From Hypanus sabinus (Eukaryota), in assembly GCF_030144855.1 (NCBI RefSeq), contig NC_082710.1, positions 152,830,001 through 152,894,000 on the forward strand: a DNA stretch of 64,000 nucleotides, given 5' to 3'. A model generated the notes under the pieces. The model had not been told where the DNA came from, searched no databases, and saw only the letters and a program-made list of their open reading frames with translations. Of this stretch, positions 37,372 to 49,849 are shown piece after piece. How positions within the stretch are numbered: position 1 is the first letter of the stretch; the number at the start of each line of letters is the position of its first letter. The translations under genes and the position numbers were made by a program.

Positions 37372-40300
37372 TGTCACCCCCTGGGTCGCCTCAGGCTCGC
37401 TCAGCTCATTCTTGTCTAGGGGGAGCAGCCTTCGGCCCCGCCAAACTGGGTAATCAGCTGGTGTGGATGCTGTGTGATGTCCCCGCCTCGCCCAAAAACA
37501 GACAGTACACCATATGCGATTAAATGAGTACAATTTATAAAGGTTACTATAACTAAGTGATTAATAACGATACAGTATATATGAAGAGAAAATTAAAGAA
37601 AAGGCGCCAAACTTATCAAAGTCCAAACCACTTCGTGCACAGCCGTTGGAGCTCAATTTCTGAAGTCTTCTGGCCACCATTCGATCCCCTCCGACCCTCC
37701 GAACTCCTCGACTCGCAGCTCAGGACCCTCCGAACTCCTCGACTCTCCAAACAGCTCAGGACCCTCCGAGTGGTCAACCAAGCACATCTAGCTTCATCCG
37801 CCCCCCCACGACCTCGGAGAATCTCCCGGCCTCGGACCCCCCTTTGGGGTCCGATCCTCGCCCAGCTTAGAGCATTGCGTCCTCTCTCTCGACCCCCTCG
37901 CGCCGATCTGCCCAAAAGCCCGTCAACAAAAGCTTACAGACTCAGAAGAAAGAACATTAATCCCCATTTGGTTTACAAAGGAATACCATTCTCGTTATCA
38001 GTAAATTAGCATTCCTGCTAGTTAACAAAAGGAAACCCTTTCCCAACAGTAACAAAGAAAAAAAAGAAACCCCCTTTACACACTTCCTCCACCAAATAAA
38101 AGTCATGTCCTCATGACTACTAAATAACTCGCCACTTTTCCTGCCAACACACCGTAACCCAAGCACAAACAGTGACATCTCCTCCCCACACAGTAACCCT
38201 CACGCCCTGTTCCTCAGGCGCTACTTAGGCCAACTATCTGGGAGTTCCCTAACCCTTCTGAGGCCTCCGTACCCCCTCACCTAAACCCTTCAGGCTCGGA
38301 CACAACTGGGGATACCTTGGGCCCACTACCAACTCCTCTCTCAACCTCTCACTCATGCCCCACACTGCACACAGCTAACCCTCCCCGCTACACCTGACTC
38401 AATGGGAGAAGGGCCAAAGGTCTCTTCCTCAATCGAGGGAAAGTCAGCAAAAGGCAGCATGTACCACACATCCAGCACATCATCCATCGAATCTGTATTC
38501 TTCCTCATTCCTGTGATCGGTAGCTGCTGTTTGATCTTCTCCAAACGGAAACACGTGGCCTGCACTGCTCCCGCAGTCTCTTCAGCCTCCTGTTCAGTAT
38601 GCACTGCACTTCTCTCCAGCTTTTTCTTCCTCATGACTCCTTCCAGATCAACTTTCAGGTTTTGCACTTCATTTGAACTGTCGATGGTCATCTCCAGGTT
38701 CCCTTCAAGCTTCCGCTTCTCTCTTCTGAGATTCGTCTGTAATTTCTTCACCTCCACAAACTCCCCTCTCCGGGTTCTCAGTTTGCTATTACCCTCAGTC
38801 AGACAACTTTCTTCATTCTCTCCAACTTGTAAGTCTTCTGAATGGTTCCAGATCACTTTCTCCAGTCCCTCCGTCTTCATTTCAAACTTGATTCCGTAGA
38901 GACAGTCTCTCACGAACTGCGACCTTCGCCAGCCCTGGCACGTGTCCCGAAAACACTTTAACTCGGTAGTTCTCAGCTGCTCCTGCAACGACCTCACTTC
39001 ATATTCTCCTGAGGCAAATCCAAGTACCAAGAGATCATCCACATACACCAAAACTCCAAACGCCTCCACATCCCCTATGGTCTTCCACCTGCCCCGCAGG
39101 AAGGTTGCAAGGGCTCCAGATATGCCCTGTGGCATCTTTTCGGACCCAAAGACTCCTAGGGAATTTATAACGGCCGTCTTCTCCTTGCCGGCCCCACTCA
39201 TCGGGATCTGGAAACATCCACTCCTCAGATCCAGCACCTTAAACCACTTCACACCACTCAGACAGGCCATCGCCTCTTCGGCCCTCAGGGCCATATTCTG
39301 GTCACTCTTCAACGCAATATAATCCACACACACGCTGTCTACGTCTTCCACGGCTGTAGGGGCCAGTCGCCGCAACCTCTCTCTCTCCGAGGTGTCTTCA
39401 GCAGTCAACTCCCCTCCCTTGTGGTATTTCGCAGCGTCCACGAAGAGGGTCTCACCCTCAGATACTTCCCCCAGGCCGTACCGCCAATGGCTCTTGTTTG
39501 AATTCGGTATCAGTCCAATGCTGCTACACACATCCACACAAGCAGCTCGAAACTCTGGGTGCATCGACAATGTCTCCAAACAGCGCTCACCCGCCTCCTC
39601 CGGGCAGGCCCCCAAGCGCACCAGCAGGATATTGGTTCTCTCTCGAACAGAAACGCTGCCCGTCTCAACAGGGTACGGACACATCAGCATTAACGATTCA
39701 TGAACCTCAGTCTCTTCCACATTTGCCTCCAAGAACTCCATTTTCACTGACCAACAACCGTCGTCTGGATAATCACCGGCACTGGTACCCCGAATCTCCA
39801 GTGTCCTCAATATCGCCAAGAGTATGCTTCCAATAACGGTTATGAAACAAACTGTACAGCAACTTCACCGGCGCCCCGGTGCCGAGGATGGCTTTAACTT
39901 GACTTCCATCCATCCGTAACAACACCTGTGCGCGTGGCCCCTCTAAGCCTTCAGGAATAGGGTCTGTTCCTTTCGGGAGTTCCTTGGTACATTGCTGGGA
40001 ATGTGCTCCCCCAGAGACCCCAAGCCGTTCCCCCACTGGGCCTCCTCTAAGTTTCCCGACACCTCTCGAATCAACGGAACAACTGATCCCCTTGGCACCA
40101 CAAGCAATTTATCTGCCCCCCTAGGCAAAAAGAGATACCTTAAAAACTTCCCACCAATCTCCTGCCACGGATATGATAAGCCCCCCAGCTGCGGCATTTG
40201 ACTTCCAGTCGAACCACACGCATTTTCCCACACTTTCCCAGAACTGGCAGCGGTCACTTCGAGGTAATTGCGCCCGACAGTTCTAACAAAGTCACAGCCC

Positions 40301-41416
40301 GCCTACTCAAACTTTCAACCCGTCCCTGTCGCTTTTCCTCAGCCAAGCACTGCCACTCACCCAACAACTGAGAGGTCCGCTCCGCCCACGCCTCCGCCCC
40401 TTTAGGGCTGGACATTATTCCAATAACCGGGCGGAGCTCACCACTGCTGAAACATCCCAACCTGTCACTCCTCAATCTCCAAACAGTACGGACAACCCAT
40501 GGCCCCACCACCATTTCGTCAGCACTAGTCGGAACTCGAACAACGACAATTGCTACCAACAGCAACCACCCCACCCAACACACACACAGCGATAACCAGC
40601 AATCGCACACCCACAAAGGCACACCAGCTCTTCGCCGCAGACACAATTTAAAGAGGGTGATCACGCAGCTTCCACAGAAATCAATCCCGGACGAGCACCC
40701 CACAATGTAAACCCCTGGGTCGCCTCAGGCTCGCTCAGCTCATTCTTGTCTAGGGGGAGCAGCCTTCAGCCCCGCCAAACTGGGTCATCAGCTGGTGTGG
40801 ATGCTGTGTGATGTCCCCGCCTCGCCCAAAAACAGACAGTACACCATATGCGATTAAATGAGTACAATTTATAAAGGTTACTATAACTAAGTGATTAATA
40901 ACGATACAGTATATATGAAGAGAAAATTAAAGAAAAGGCGCCAAACTTATCAAAGTCCAAACTACTTCGTGCACAGCCGTTGGAGCTCAATTTCTGAAGT
41001 CTTCTGGCCACCATTCGATCCCCTCCGACCCTCCGAACTCCTCGACTCGCAGCTCAGGACCCTCCGAACTCCTCGACTCTCCAAACAGCTCAGGACCCTC
41101 CGAGTGGTCAACCAAGCACATCTAGCTTCATCCCCCCCCCCACGACCTCGGAGAATCTCCCGGCCTCGGACCCCCCTTTGGGGTCCGATCCTCGCCCAGC
41201 TTAGAGCATTGCGTCCTCTCTCTCTCGACCCCCTCGCGCCGATCTGCCCAAAAGCCCGTCAACAAAAGCTTACAGACTCAGAAGAAAGAACATTAATCCC
41301 CATTTGGTTTCCAAAGGAATACCATTCTCGTTATCAGTAAATTAGCATTCCTGCTAGTTAACAAAAGGAAACCCTTTCCCAACAGTAACAAAGAAAAAAA
41401 AGAAACCCCCTTTACA
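37372..41416 (-). mobile_element. Non-autonomous Gypsy LTR retrotransposon with both LTRs
   Basis: LTRs at 37372-38080 and 40706-41416 (about 99% identical by eye) with TG...CA ends and 4-bp TSD CTTA. PBS TGGGGTGCTCGTCCGGGA is tRNA-Pro-like; PPT TGGTGGAGGAAGTG. Internal part has PNMA-like gag, a degenerate protease and RT pieces (YVDD), but no RNase H or integrase. Confidence 0.93.
38353..39819 (-). CDS. 488-aa chimeric ORF: degenerate Gypsy RT fragments plus a myosin heavy-chain rod-like segment
   Basis: RT motifs [18 protein letters not shown] and LVYVDDLLV are followed by [19 protein letters not shown]...[24 protein letters not shown]. Confidence 0.55.
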   Translation of the reverse strand: MAILRTLEIRGTSAGDYPDDGCWSVKMEFLEANVEETEVHESLMLMCPYPVETGSVSVRERTNILLVRLGACPEEAGERCLETLSMHPEFRAACVDVCSSIGLIPNSNKSHWRYGLGEVSEGETLFVDAAKYHKGGELTAEDTSERERLRRLAPTAVEDVDSVCVDYIALKSDQNMALRAEEAMACLSGVKWFKVLDLRSGCFQIPMSGAGKEKTAVINSLGVFGSEKMPQGISGALATFLRGRWKTIGDVEAFGVLVYVDDLLVLGFASGEYEVRSLQEQLRTTELKCFRDTCQGWRRSQFVRDCLYGIKFEMKTEGLEKVIWNHSEDLQVGENEESCLTEGNSKLRTRRGEFVEVKKLQTNLRREKRKLEGNLEMTIDSSNEVQNLKVDLEGVMRKKKLERSAVHTEQEAEETAGAVQATCFRLEKIKQQLPITGMRKNTDSMDDVLDVWYMLPFADFPSIEEETFGPSPIESGVAGRVSCVQCGA

Positions 41417-42399
41417 CTTATATATCCAGTCCCTTAGAATACCTTCCAATAACTTTCCCACAACTGATGTCAAACTCACTGGCCTATAGTTTCCTGGTTT
41501 CTCTTTAAAGCCTTTTTAAACAACAGGAAAAAAACATTGGCTATCCTCCAATCATCTAGTACCTCTCCTGTCGTTAAGGATGTTTAAACACTCTCTGCGA
41601 GGGCCCTGGCAAGTTCTGAACTTGCCTCCCACAGGGTTCGAGGGAACACCTTATCTGGCTCTGGGATTTTATACACACTCATTTACCTCAGGGTAGCAAA
41701 CACCTTCTCCTCTATAATCTGTACAGGATCCATGAAGTTGATGCTGCCTTGCCTCTCTTCTATTGACTCTGTGTCTATCTCCCGAGTAAATATAGATGGA
41801 AATAATGTATTTAAGATTTCTCCCATCTGTTTCGTCTCCACACACGGATTACTATTCTGATCTTCCAGAGGACCAATGTTGTCCCTTGCAATCCTTTTGC
41901 TCTTAACCAATCTAAGGAATCCCTTAGGATTCTCCTTTACCTTCTCTGCTTGCGCAACTTCATGTCTTCTTTTAGCCTTCCTGATTTCTTTCTTAAGTGT
42001 TGTCTTGCATTTCTTGTACTCCATTAGCACCTCATTTGTTTCCCTCCTGCCAATGCCTGCTAGACACTTTCTTTTTTCTCTTAACCTGGGGCACAATATT
42101 TCTTGAAAACCAAAGCTCCCTGCACTTGTTATCTTTACCTTTTATTTGACAAGTATATACAGCGTTGTACTTTCAAAATTTATTTTTAAAGGCCTCTCAC
42201 TTTCCAAGTACTCCTTTACAAGAAAATAGCATGTCACAATCCACACTTACCAGAGTCTTTCTTGTACCATCAAAATTAGCCTTTCTCCAATTTAGAATCT
42301 CAGCCTGAGGACTAGAACTATCTTTTTGCATATTTACCTTGAAACTAATGGCATTATGGGCATTGGATGCAAAGGGTTTCCCTATACAAACTTATGTCA

Positions 42400-42820
42400 T
42401 CTGTCCTGTATCATTGTGTGTGTGTGTGGCCTTCGTTGGTCATGGTCGATCATGGGTACTGCGCCTCTGGTAGTCACCAGATGGCCTTTCCAGGGCACAA
42501 GCCAGGGCAGAGTTGATATGGAGATCCATCTGTTGTCCATGCAGTGGGACACCCCCCTCCATGCTGATGACAGGTCCAGAGGAACAACGGAAGTCGATAC
42601 AGTTTGGTGCCTGCAGCATTGAGGAGTTGCCGTGCAGATGCTGGGTACAGTAGTCAGCCGCCTTTGGGACTCCGACTTTGGATTTTTCCTCGGGGTTTAT
42701 CCCAAAGCCTTTTCCATGGGCAGCTATAGTTGCACGGCAGTGGAGGTTTGAAATTGGAGTTTTCCTTCTCCAACATGAGCTACCATCCATGGTTAACGAG
42801 CCCCATCTGCCCAGACATTC
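42400..42820. repeat. Dispersed repeat, possibly RTE-associated; second related copy at 43880-44330
   Basis: The two regions share gattttt(c)cctc-gggttta-tccc-aagcctt-ccatg and ggagttttccttctcc. The family assignment is tentative. Confidence 0.5.
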
Positions 42821-45800
42821 TTTAATAGCAGATCAAGTATCCATAAGACCATAAGAAATAGAACAGAATTAGGCCATCTGGCCCATCGAGTCTTCTCCAA
42901 CATTCAAACATGGCTGATTTTTTTTCTGCCCCTCCACCCCAGTTCTCGGCCTTCTCCCCGTAACTTTTGATGCCATGTCCAATCAAGAACCTATCAACCT
43001 TAAGTACACCCAACAACCTGGTCTCCACAGCTGCATCTGGCAACAAATTCCACAAATTCACCATCAATTGAGGGGAATAGCCACAGGAGTGCTCTGCTCT
43101 AACTGCCTATATCCGTTTCTCCTAACACTCACCCAGCTATTCACCTCCTGTAACTTCGGGGTGCACACTTCCTTGTAACTTTGATCAATTATCTGCTCAC
43201 TCTCCCGTACAAGCCGAAGGTCATCCATTTGCTGCTCCAGATCCCTAACACGGTCTTCAAGGAGCTGCAGCTGGATGCACTTCATGCAGGTGTAGATCTC
43301 CGGGAGATTCTGGGTCTCCCAGTTCTCCAACATCTGGCATGAAGAGCACATTTAAATAGTACAGTAAAAGTGCATAAAAAAACAAGAAGGAAACCTTAAC
43401 AGACACCTTATAGTCCCACTCAACCTCAATTTAAATGTATATTGCTTAAAGGGAAATTAAACGCTGCAGATTGCAGTGAGAGTAATTCAAAAGAGATATA
43501 TTTAGAAGTATTGTACATAGCCCACAGAATGTCGCCATGATTCACCGGCGACATGTTGCAGCTTTACCAAACCCATTTTTAGAGTCACCCCATAATGTAT
43601 GTGTGGCGTGTCATGGCGAAGGCCTCTTCCATGTCCGACCTGACATGGGAGACATCCAAACCTCTCTTCTGCACTTAGTCGATGATATTCCTGAGTAGCT
43701 CGAGTCTGTCAGAGATTTTCCTGCCCGGTACAGAATACTGAAGAGAAGTGCTGCGGGAGCTCTGCGCTGTCAGAGCAGCGGTATTTAGTGACTTCAGCAG
43801 TGGTCGGAGACAATACTGAGAGAGCACTGCAGAGTGAAGCGATCGGCACTGATGGGCTTGTTGAGGCTTCTGTCGGTCAGCGTTGACCATGGATGTGGCA
43901 TCCTAGCTGTCCAGATACGCAAGCCTGGGCAATACAATGTGGAGAATGACCTGTTGCCCATGTAGCAAGCTCTCTCTCTCTCCGGGCATCTGATGAACCG
44001 AGAGGAACAGCAGAGACCGATACACGTTGGCACCAGCTGAGTCGCGGGATTTGCCAGTCAGCGATAAACTCAATGTACGGACTGCAGCTCCAGATTTTTC
44101 CCTCAGGGTTTACTCCCAAAGCCTTCCCCATGAGTGGGTATAGCTGCAAGGCAGCAGAGGTTTGAGATCAGAGTTTTCCTTCTCCTAGATCAATTGCCAA
44201 GCAGGGCTGGCGAGCCGCATCTGCCTGAGGTGACTGGTTTTAAAGTGACAGTACGGTAACCCAGCTTTGGTCCTTCTCCTGTCAGTAGAAACAGTTCCGC
44301 TGGGCGAGGTAGCTGAACCAGACAGGAAGATCAGGAACTGGACTGGGTTGTCAGGCTATTTGAGTCGCACCCCATTAGACAGTGGCAGCGTATCCCCATT
44401 GCCACCCCGGCGATAGCAACCTTAAGGAACTAACTGATGGACATCCGCACTGTTAGAAGGACAATAAAGTAACAATCCAATAATCAACTAACTGGCTTTT
44501 CAGCGATCACAAAGGTTCAGTATCCAGCTCAGCAGTTAATGTTTGCCGAGCTCCCTCTCACTCACTGAAGCCCTACTTCTTCCGGTCCATCACTGAAACC
44601 CATTTCCTGCGCACCCTTTCTGCTTGGCTGGTTCATGGCAAAATGTATTCTCATGTTATGCAATGGTTCTTACAAACGAGATAAGAGGCTGGTGAGGTAC
44701 CAATGCAAATAATCCTGAGAACCTGCTGATCGAACCCCAACAGATAACCCCAGAACACTGGTTTATCAGGGTTTTAATGTGCAGAGTCCGGGTCCTGAGA
44801 ACTGGCCATCACCCGAATTTCTGTGTGTGTGGGAGGGGATTGCGGGAACAGGAGAGACGGGAGGACGATGCAGACACGGGAACAGCGGCCGCCAGAGGGC
44901 TACATCCATGCCTTGGTGTCCCTGGAGAAGGCGTATACGTGTCCATGGCTTTTTCAGGGACCGATGGGCACCTCAGGGGCTCAAATACGATTGGACAGTG
45001 ACTATTTCTTCTGCTTATCGTGGAGAGTGACGTTCGTATTATAATATGAAATTGTAAATAGTGTGTTTGTCCTGTAAAATGTACAATATTGTATTCGTGT
45101 GATATTGTAATCGTATGAATAAACCTTGGTTTAAATAGAAAGTGCGTCCATCAGCTGGCCTAGTTGACTCAGTGAGCGAAGGAGCGAGTCTCCTCAGCTC
45201 CACCCAGAACCCAATTAGTGCAACTTTGGGTGGGGAGCGAGCAGGCACGGTAGATGCCTCGTATCGCCCCCGGCAGAAGGTGCCCGCAGCTCCGTATAAG
45301 CCCCAATACACCTCGGTCTGGAAAATGCTCGATTCCGTGAGTGTCTTTAAGTGTCCGTAAGTCGAGCGTTTGTAACTGGGGAGTGCCTGTTCCGCGAACA
45401 GAAGAAAGAATCCCCAAGAATTCCAGCAGCACAAGCGAAGTGCTGAAGGAACTCCACAGGCCAGGACCCAGGTGAATCTCCACCGCATTCCCTCCATAGT
45501 AAGTCCTGTGAAGCTCCGATATCCCAGCACGCTCAAGACTTCAGAGGAACCAGACAATCAGATTTTCACGAGTACTAAATGTAACCCAATTTAATATCCC
45601 AGTGTGTAGTTACCTCTTTTAAAGATCTTACGCAATGTTATGCTAAATTTTCCCGTGACCCCGGAAGAGTGCACGGGATCAGGAGCCTGGTCAATTTACA
45701 GGGAGCGTGGTATCCGGGACACTAACAAGTTTCTGGGGAGGCCGAGAACAGGAACTCCGGTAGTGTTCCGGCGACCCTGTGAATTTCAGTTGAGATTAAC

Positions 45801-46166
45801 GGGTGAGTTTGAAGGGAACACAGAAAACAGAAGTAGAGACCCAAGTGAGTCTCCTCGAACTATGGGAATTGAGGCAACAGTGAGGTTCAGGGAGCAAGGA
45901 ATATGTTATATGTGACCCAGATGCTGATATATCAGATTAATCAAAATCTTACCTTGTATAGCTCCGCCCTGGAGTATGAAGACCCAATTTTTGGACAAAC
46001 ATGAATGAACTAACTAACGAAATTTCAATTTGTCTGAAGGTTTCCTATAATTTTTTAAACAATTTTATAACTTCCATCACTTTAGAGCCGAGATTCGTGG
46101 TTGAGTTTGTGAGCTGAATCTAGTGATCTGGCTTTAGCCAATGTAGTCAGAGCCTGACCATGCATG

Positions 46167-47220
46167 CAGGCACTTCAAGATGGGGCTAAGGAACCTGAAA
46201 CAGGAGTGACCGGGTTTGGCGGGGCTATACCAGCAAAAGCAATTGCAATCAGCAGGAGAACATCTGATAAGCTGGCGGTGTATACAGTGGAGATGCTGGC
46301 AGTGTTGGTTGTGTTGCGTTGGGTGGAGAAAGCCAGACTCGTCAAAGCATTGATATGCTCAGATTCATCCTCAGTTCTAGCAAGGTTAAGGTCTTCTCAC
46401 TCAAACAGCCGGCAAGATGTACTTCATGAATTCCTTCAGTCAGTCAGAAGAGTCGCAAATCAGAGAGGTCCGGTTAAATTCCAATGGGTTCCAGCTCATG
46501 TAGGAGGGAAGGGGAACGAGAGGGTGGATAAGTTGGCAAAGAGGGTGTTAAAGAAAGAAAATATAGAAATGTACATTAGTATCAGTAACGCAGAGGTTAA
46601 GTGTGTTATCTGGTGAAAAATCAACCAAGTGTGGCAAGAAAGATGGGACAGGGTGGGGAAAGGGAGGCATTTAGATCAAATACAAAAAGTTTTGCAGGTA
46701 CTAGGGTAGGTAGTAGATACAGAAGAGAGGAAATTGTGTGGACTCGGTGAAGGCTGGGGCACTGTGCACTAAACCAAAACTTGAAATTAATAGGGAAACA
46801 CCAGACAGGACTGTGTGTGGAATGTCAGGAAGAGGAGTCAGTAGAACATGTTGTTCTGAGTTGCAGGAAGTATGGGATACAGAGAGAGATGATGAGAATT
46901 AATCTAAGGGAATTGGGGGAGCAGGAATTCACATTAAAAGGGTTGCTGAGCATGGGTGAGAGAGCACAGTTTAGGGTATTTTTAGCTTTCTTAAGGGGTA
47001 CAGGGGTTTTTGTTTTTTTATAGGATATGATGGATAAACAGGAATGGGGTACTAGGATGGCTAAAGATGGGAGGATAAAGTGTAGGTTAGGGTATGTGTT
47101 TGTGGGATTGGGTGAACGGATTTAGAATGTGAGACTATCGCACATTCCGGAGCAGAAGGTGGCGGTAGTGCGCCACTAAGCTGGGTGCCAACCACTGTAA
47201 AACAAGGATAGAGAGAGAGA
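46167..47220 (+). mobile_element. Nimb/I-clade LINE 3' fragment (RNase H to tail), second copy
   Basis: Highly similar to 16780-18107 (DGAKEPETG...WVPAHVG...). Carries an in-frame stop (TGG to TGA) and an (AG)n tail. Confidence 0.9.
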
Positions 47221-47319
47221 GTGCTCGCTTTCCCATTTCTGTTCAAAGTAAAGATATTATCAGAGTATGTATATGTTACCATTTACAACCCTGAGTTTGG
47301 ATTTCTATTGGGCATACAC

Positions 47320-48520
47320 TGAATCCAAGAAACTCAATAGAATTATCTAAACAAAAAAACTGCAAAAAAGCTGTGATGCAGCCAGACAATATACTCTCTA
47401 CCATCCATCTATAAATGTTTATCCAGGTTTTATATTTCATGCTGAATCTTTGCAAAATTAAGGAAGTAGAAGCACTGCTGTGCTTTCTTCATAATGGCAC
47501 TTATGGCTAGGCCCAGGACAGATAATCTGAAATGATAACACAGAGCAATTTCAAGTCACTAATCCTCTCCAGCTTTTATTCCCCAATGAGGACTGACTCA
47601 TTGACCTCTTGTTTCTTCCTCCTGAAGTCAATAATCAGCCCCTTGATCATGCAAACATTGAGTAAGAAGTTGTTGCTGTGGCACCACTGCCAGATTTTCA
47701 ATCTGCTCCTATATGCTGATTCATCACCACCTTTAATTCGGCCAACGAGTGTGTCATTATCAAACTTACGTATGGCATTGGAGTGTGCATAGCTTTACAG
47801 TCAAAAGTATAAAGCAAGTACAGCAGGGTGCTAAGCACATAGCCTTGTGGTGTTTCTGTGCTGATGGACATGTTGCTGCCAATCTAAACTGACTGGTGAT
47901 AACATGCGAGGACTTTGAGAATCCAATTGCACAGAGATATTAAGGCCAAGATCCTGAAGCTTATTGATTACTTTGGAGGGAGTGATATTATTAAAATGCC
48001 TAGCTGTACAGTAGCCTATAAAGAGTATTGTGATGTATGCACCTTTGCTGTCCTAATGTTCCAGGGTTGAGTGAAGAGCCAATGAAATGGCACCTGTTGT
48101 GACAATATGCAAATTGGAATGGATCCAAGTTGCTTCTAAGACATGTTGATATGTTTTATCACTAACCTCTCAAAACACATCATCACAGTGGATGCAAGTG
48201 CTACAGGATGATGGTCACTGAGGTAGGTTAGCACATTCTTCTTTGCCACTGGTGTGATTGAAGCCTGCTTGAAGCAGATGGGTACCTCACACTGCTGAAG
48301 TGAAAGGTTAAAGCTTTAAGTGAACACACCAGCTACTTGATCACCACAAGTCTTCAGTACTTGGCCAGGTACCCCATCGGGGCTGGATGCTTTTTTGTGG
48401 GTTCACCTTCCTGATGAATGCTCTCACAGCACATCTGTGACTCACTCCACTTGCACTTCTCAGGAACTGAATTCATTCATGAACCATGTGTTATTTTCAT
48501 CATGAAGCCATGCAGCATAG
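47320..48520 (-). mobile_element. Rex1/Babar-type LINE RT fragment
   Basis: Reverse complement encodes RT-like motifs (FDDDTLVGRI, LIIDFRRKK). Similar to other copies. Confidence 0.55.
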
Positions 48521-49109
48521 GACGAACAATAGTATTGAAAGGAGTATTTTCTGTGCCAATGTACAGATAGAGGGAAACACCCAGAGTGCTGCATTGCTGG
48601 GCTCAGAATGCAACATGTGGAGGCCAATGTTGAGGGAGTGTTGCATTGTCAGCTGGCAATATTACCCTGTCAGAGGGCAGGACTAAGGAAGCATTGTACC
48701 ATTTGAAAGCGTAACACTAAGCAGTACTCCAATGTAACAGGACATTCCAAGGAAGCACTGTAACAGCAGAGGTGTGCAATGAGACAGTGAAAGGGAGATA
48801 CTGAGAGACTGTGCTACTGTAAAGATTAAACTTAAGGAAGCAGTCAAAGAAGGATATCGAGGGAGAACTGTTCTGTTGAGAAACAGTGCTAAGGGAACAT
48901 TGTACAACTGGAGGGGTTGTGCCAGTCTCTACTGTTGTAACTAAGGTTCTGATTCACATGAAGTGGATTATCTGAAGGACCATTGCTGAGGGGCTGCTAT
49001 AGTGTCAAAGGTGCAATGCTTGGAGCATTGTGCCCCTGGAGAGACAACCTGTCAGAGCTGAGGGAGTAGTGCATGTTTAGAGAATCAGTCATGAGAATAT
49101 GTTGCAGTA

Positions 49110-49630
49110 TCACATGTTTGCATCCTTAAAGCGGTTGTGCTAGTTTAATTATTGTGTTCATTTCTGGCCACTTCATTATAGGAAGGATGTAGAATCTTTA
49201 GACAATAGATGCAAAGGTAGGCCATTCAGCTCTTCTAGCCAGCACCACCATTCACTGTGATCATGGCTGATCATACACAATCAGTACCCCGTTCCTGTCC
49301 TCTCCCCATATCCCTTGGCCCCGCTATCTATGAGAGCTCTATCTAACTCTCCAAGGGTGAGTGGAGAGGGTGTCGTGGAGATTTACCAGGATGCTGCCTG
49401 GATTGGTGAGTACGTCTTACGAGGATAGGTTCAGTGAGCTAGGGCTTTTCTCTTTGGAGCAAATGAGGATGAGAGGTAACTTAATAGAGATGTACAGGAT
49501 GATAAAAGGCATAAGAAAAATAGGTTGAGTGGATAGCCAGAGCTTTTCCCCATGGTGGAAATGGCCAATATGAGGGGGAACAATTTCAAGATGATTAGAA
49601 GTGAGAAGTCAGGAGGCAAGTTGTTTTTTT
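49110..49630 (+). mobile_element. CR1 3' fragments
   Basis: atttaccaggatgctgcctggatt...gggcttttctctttggagc...agaggtaacttaatagag matches the CR1 RT end. Confidence 0.65.
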
Positions 49631-49849
49631 GTTTGTGTATTTTAAAACAAAAAAAAAGCAGTGCATTTAATATTTGACATTTCTAGTCCAGAAAAAACTG
49701 ACTATCCCATCTCTGTGCGTCTCTCAGGATTATATAGATCTCTACCAGGTCTGCCCTCAACCTCCAATGCTCCAGAGAAATCAATACAAGTTTGCCCAAC
49801 TATACAACAGGGAAAGTAACCATGTTTATTTCATTGCATAATCCTCATT

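Larger units (their letters stand above)
36180..43360 (-). mobile_element. CR1 LINE (ORF1 fragment to 3' end), split by the Gypsy insertion
   Basis: Motifs GVLQGSVLGPLLFVIYINDLD...SKFGDDTK, KENPKGF and ORF1 CSSCQM...CMKCIQLQLLEDRV. The CR1 sequence is continuous across the CTTA TSD. Confidence 0.85.

Noticed and set aside
37690-37770. Short direct repeats (ccctccgaactcctcgactc) as a CRISPR-like array
   Set aside because: They are two to three tandem units inside the LTR, duplicated in the other LTR, without unique spacers, in a eukaryotic context.
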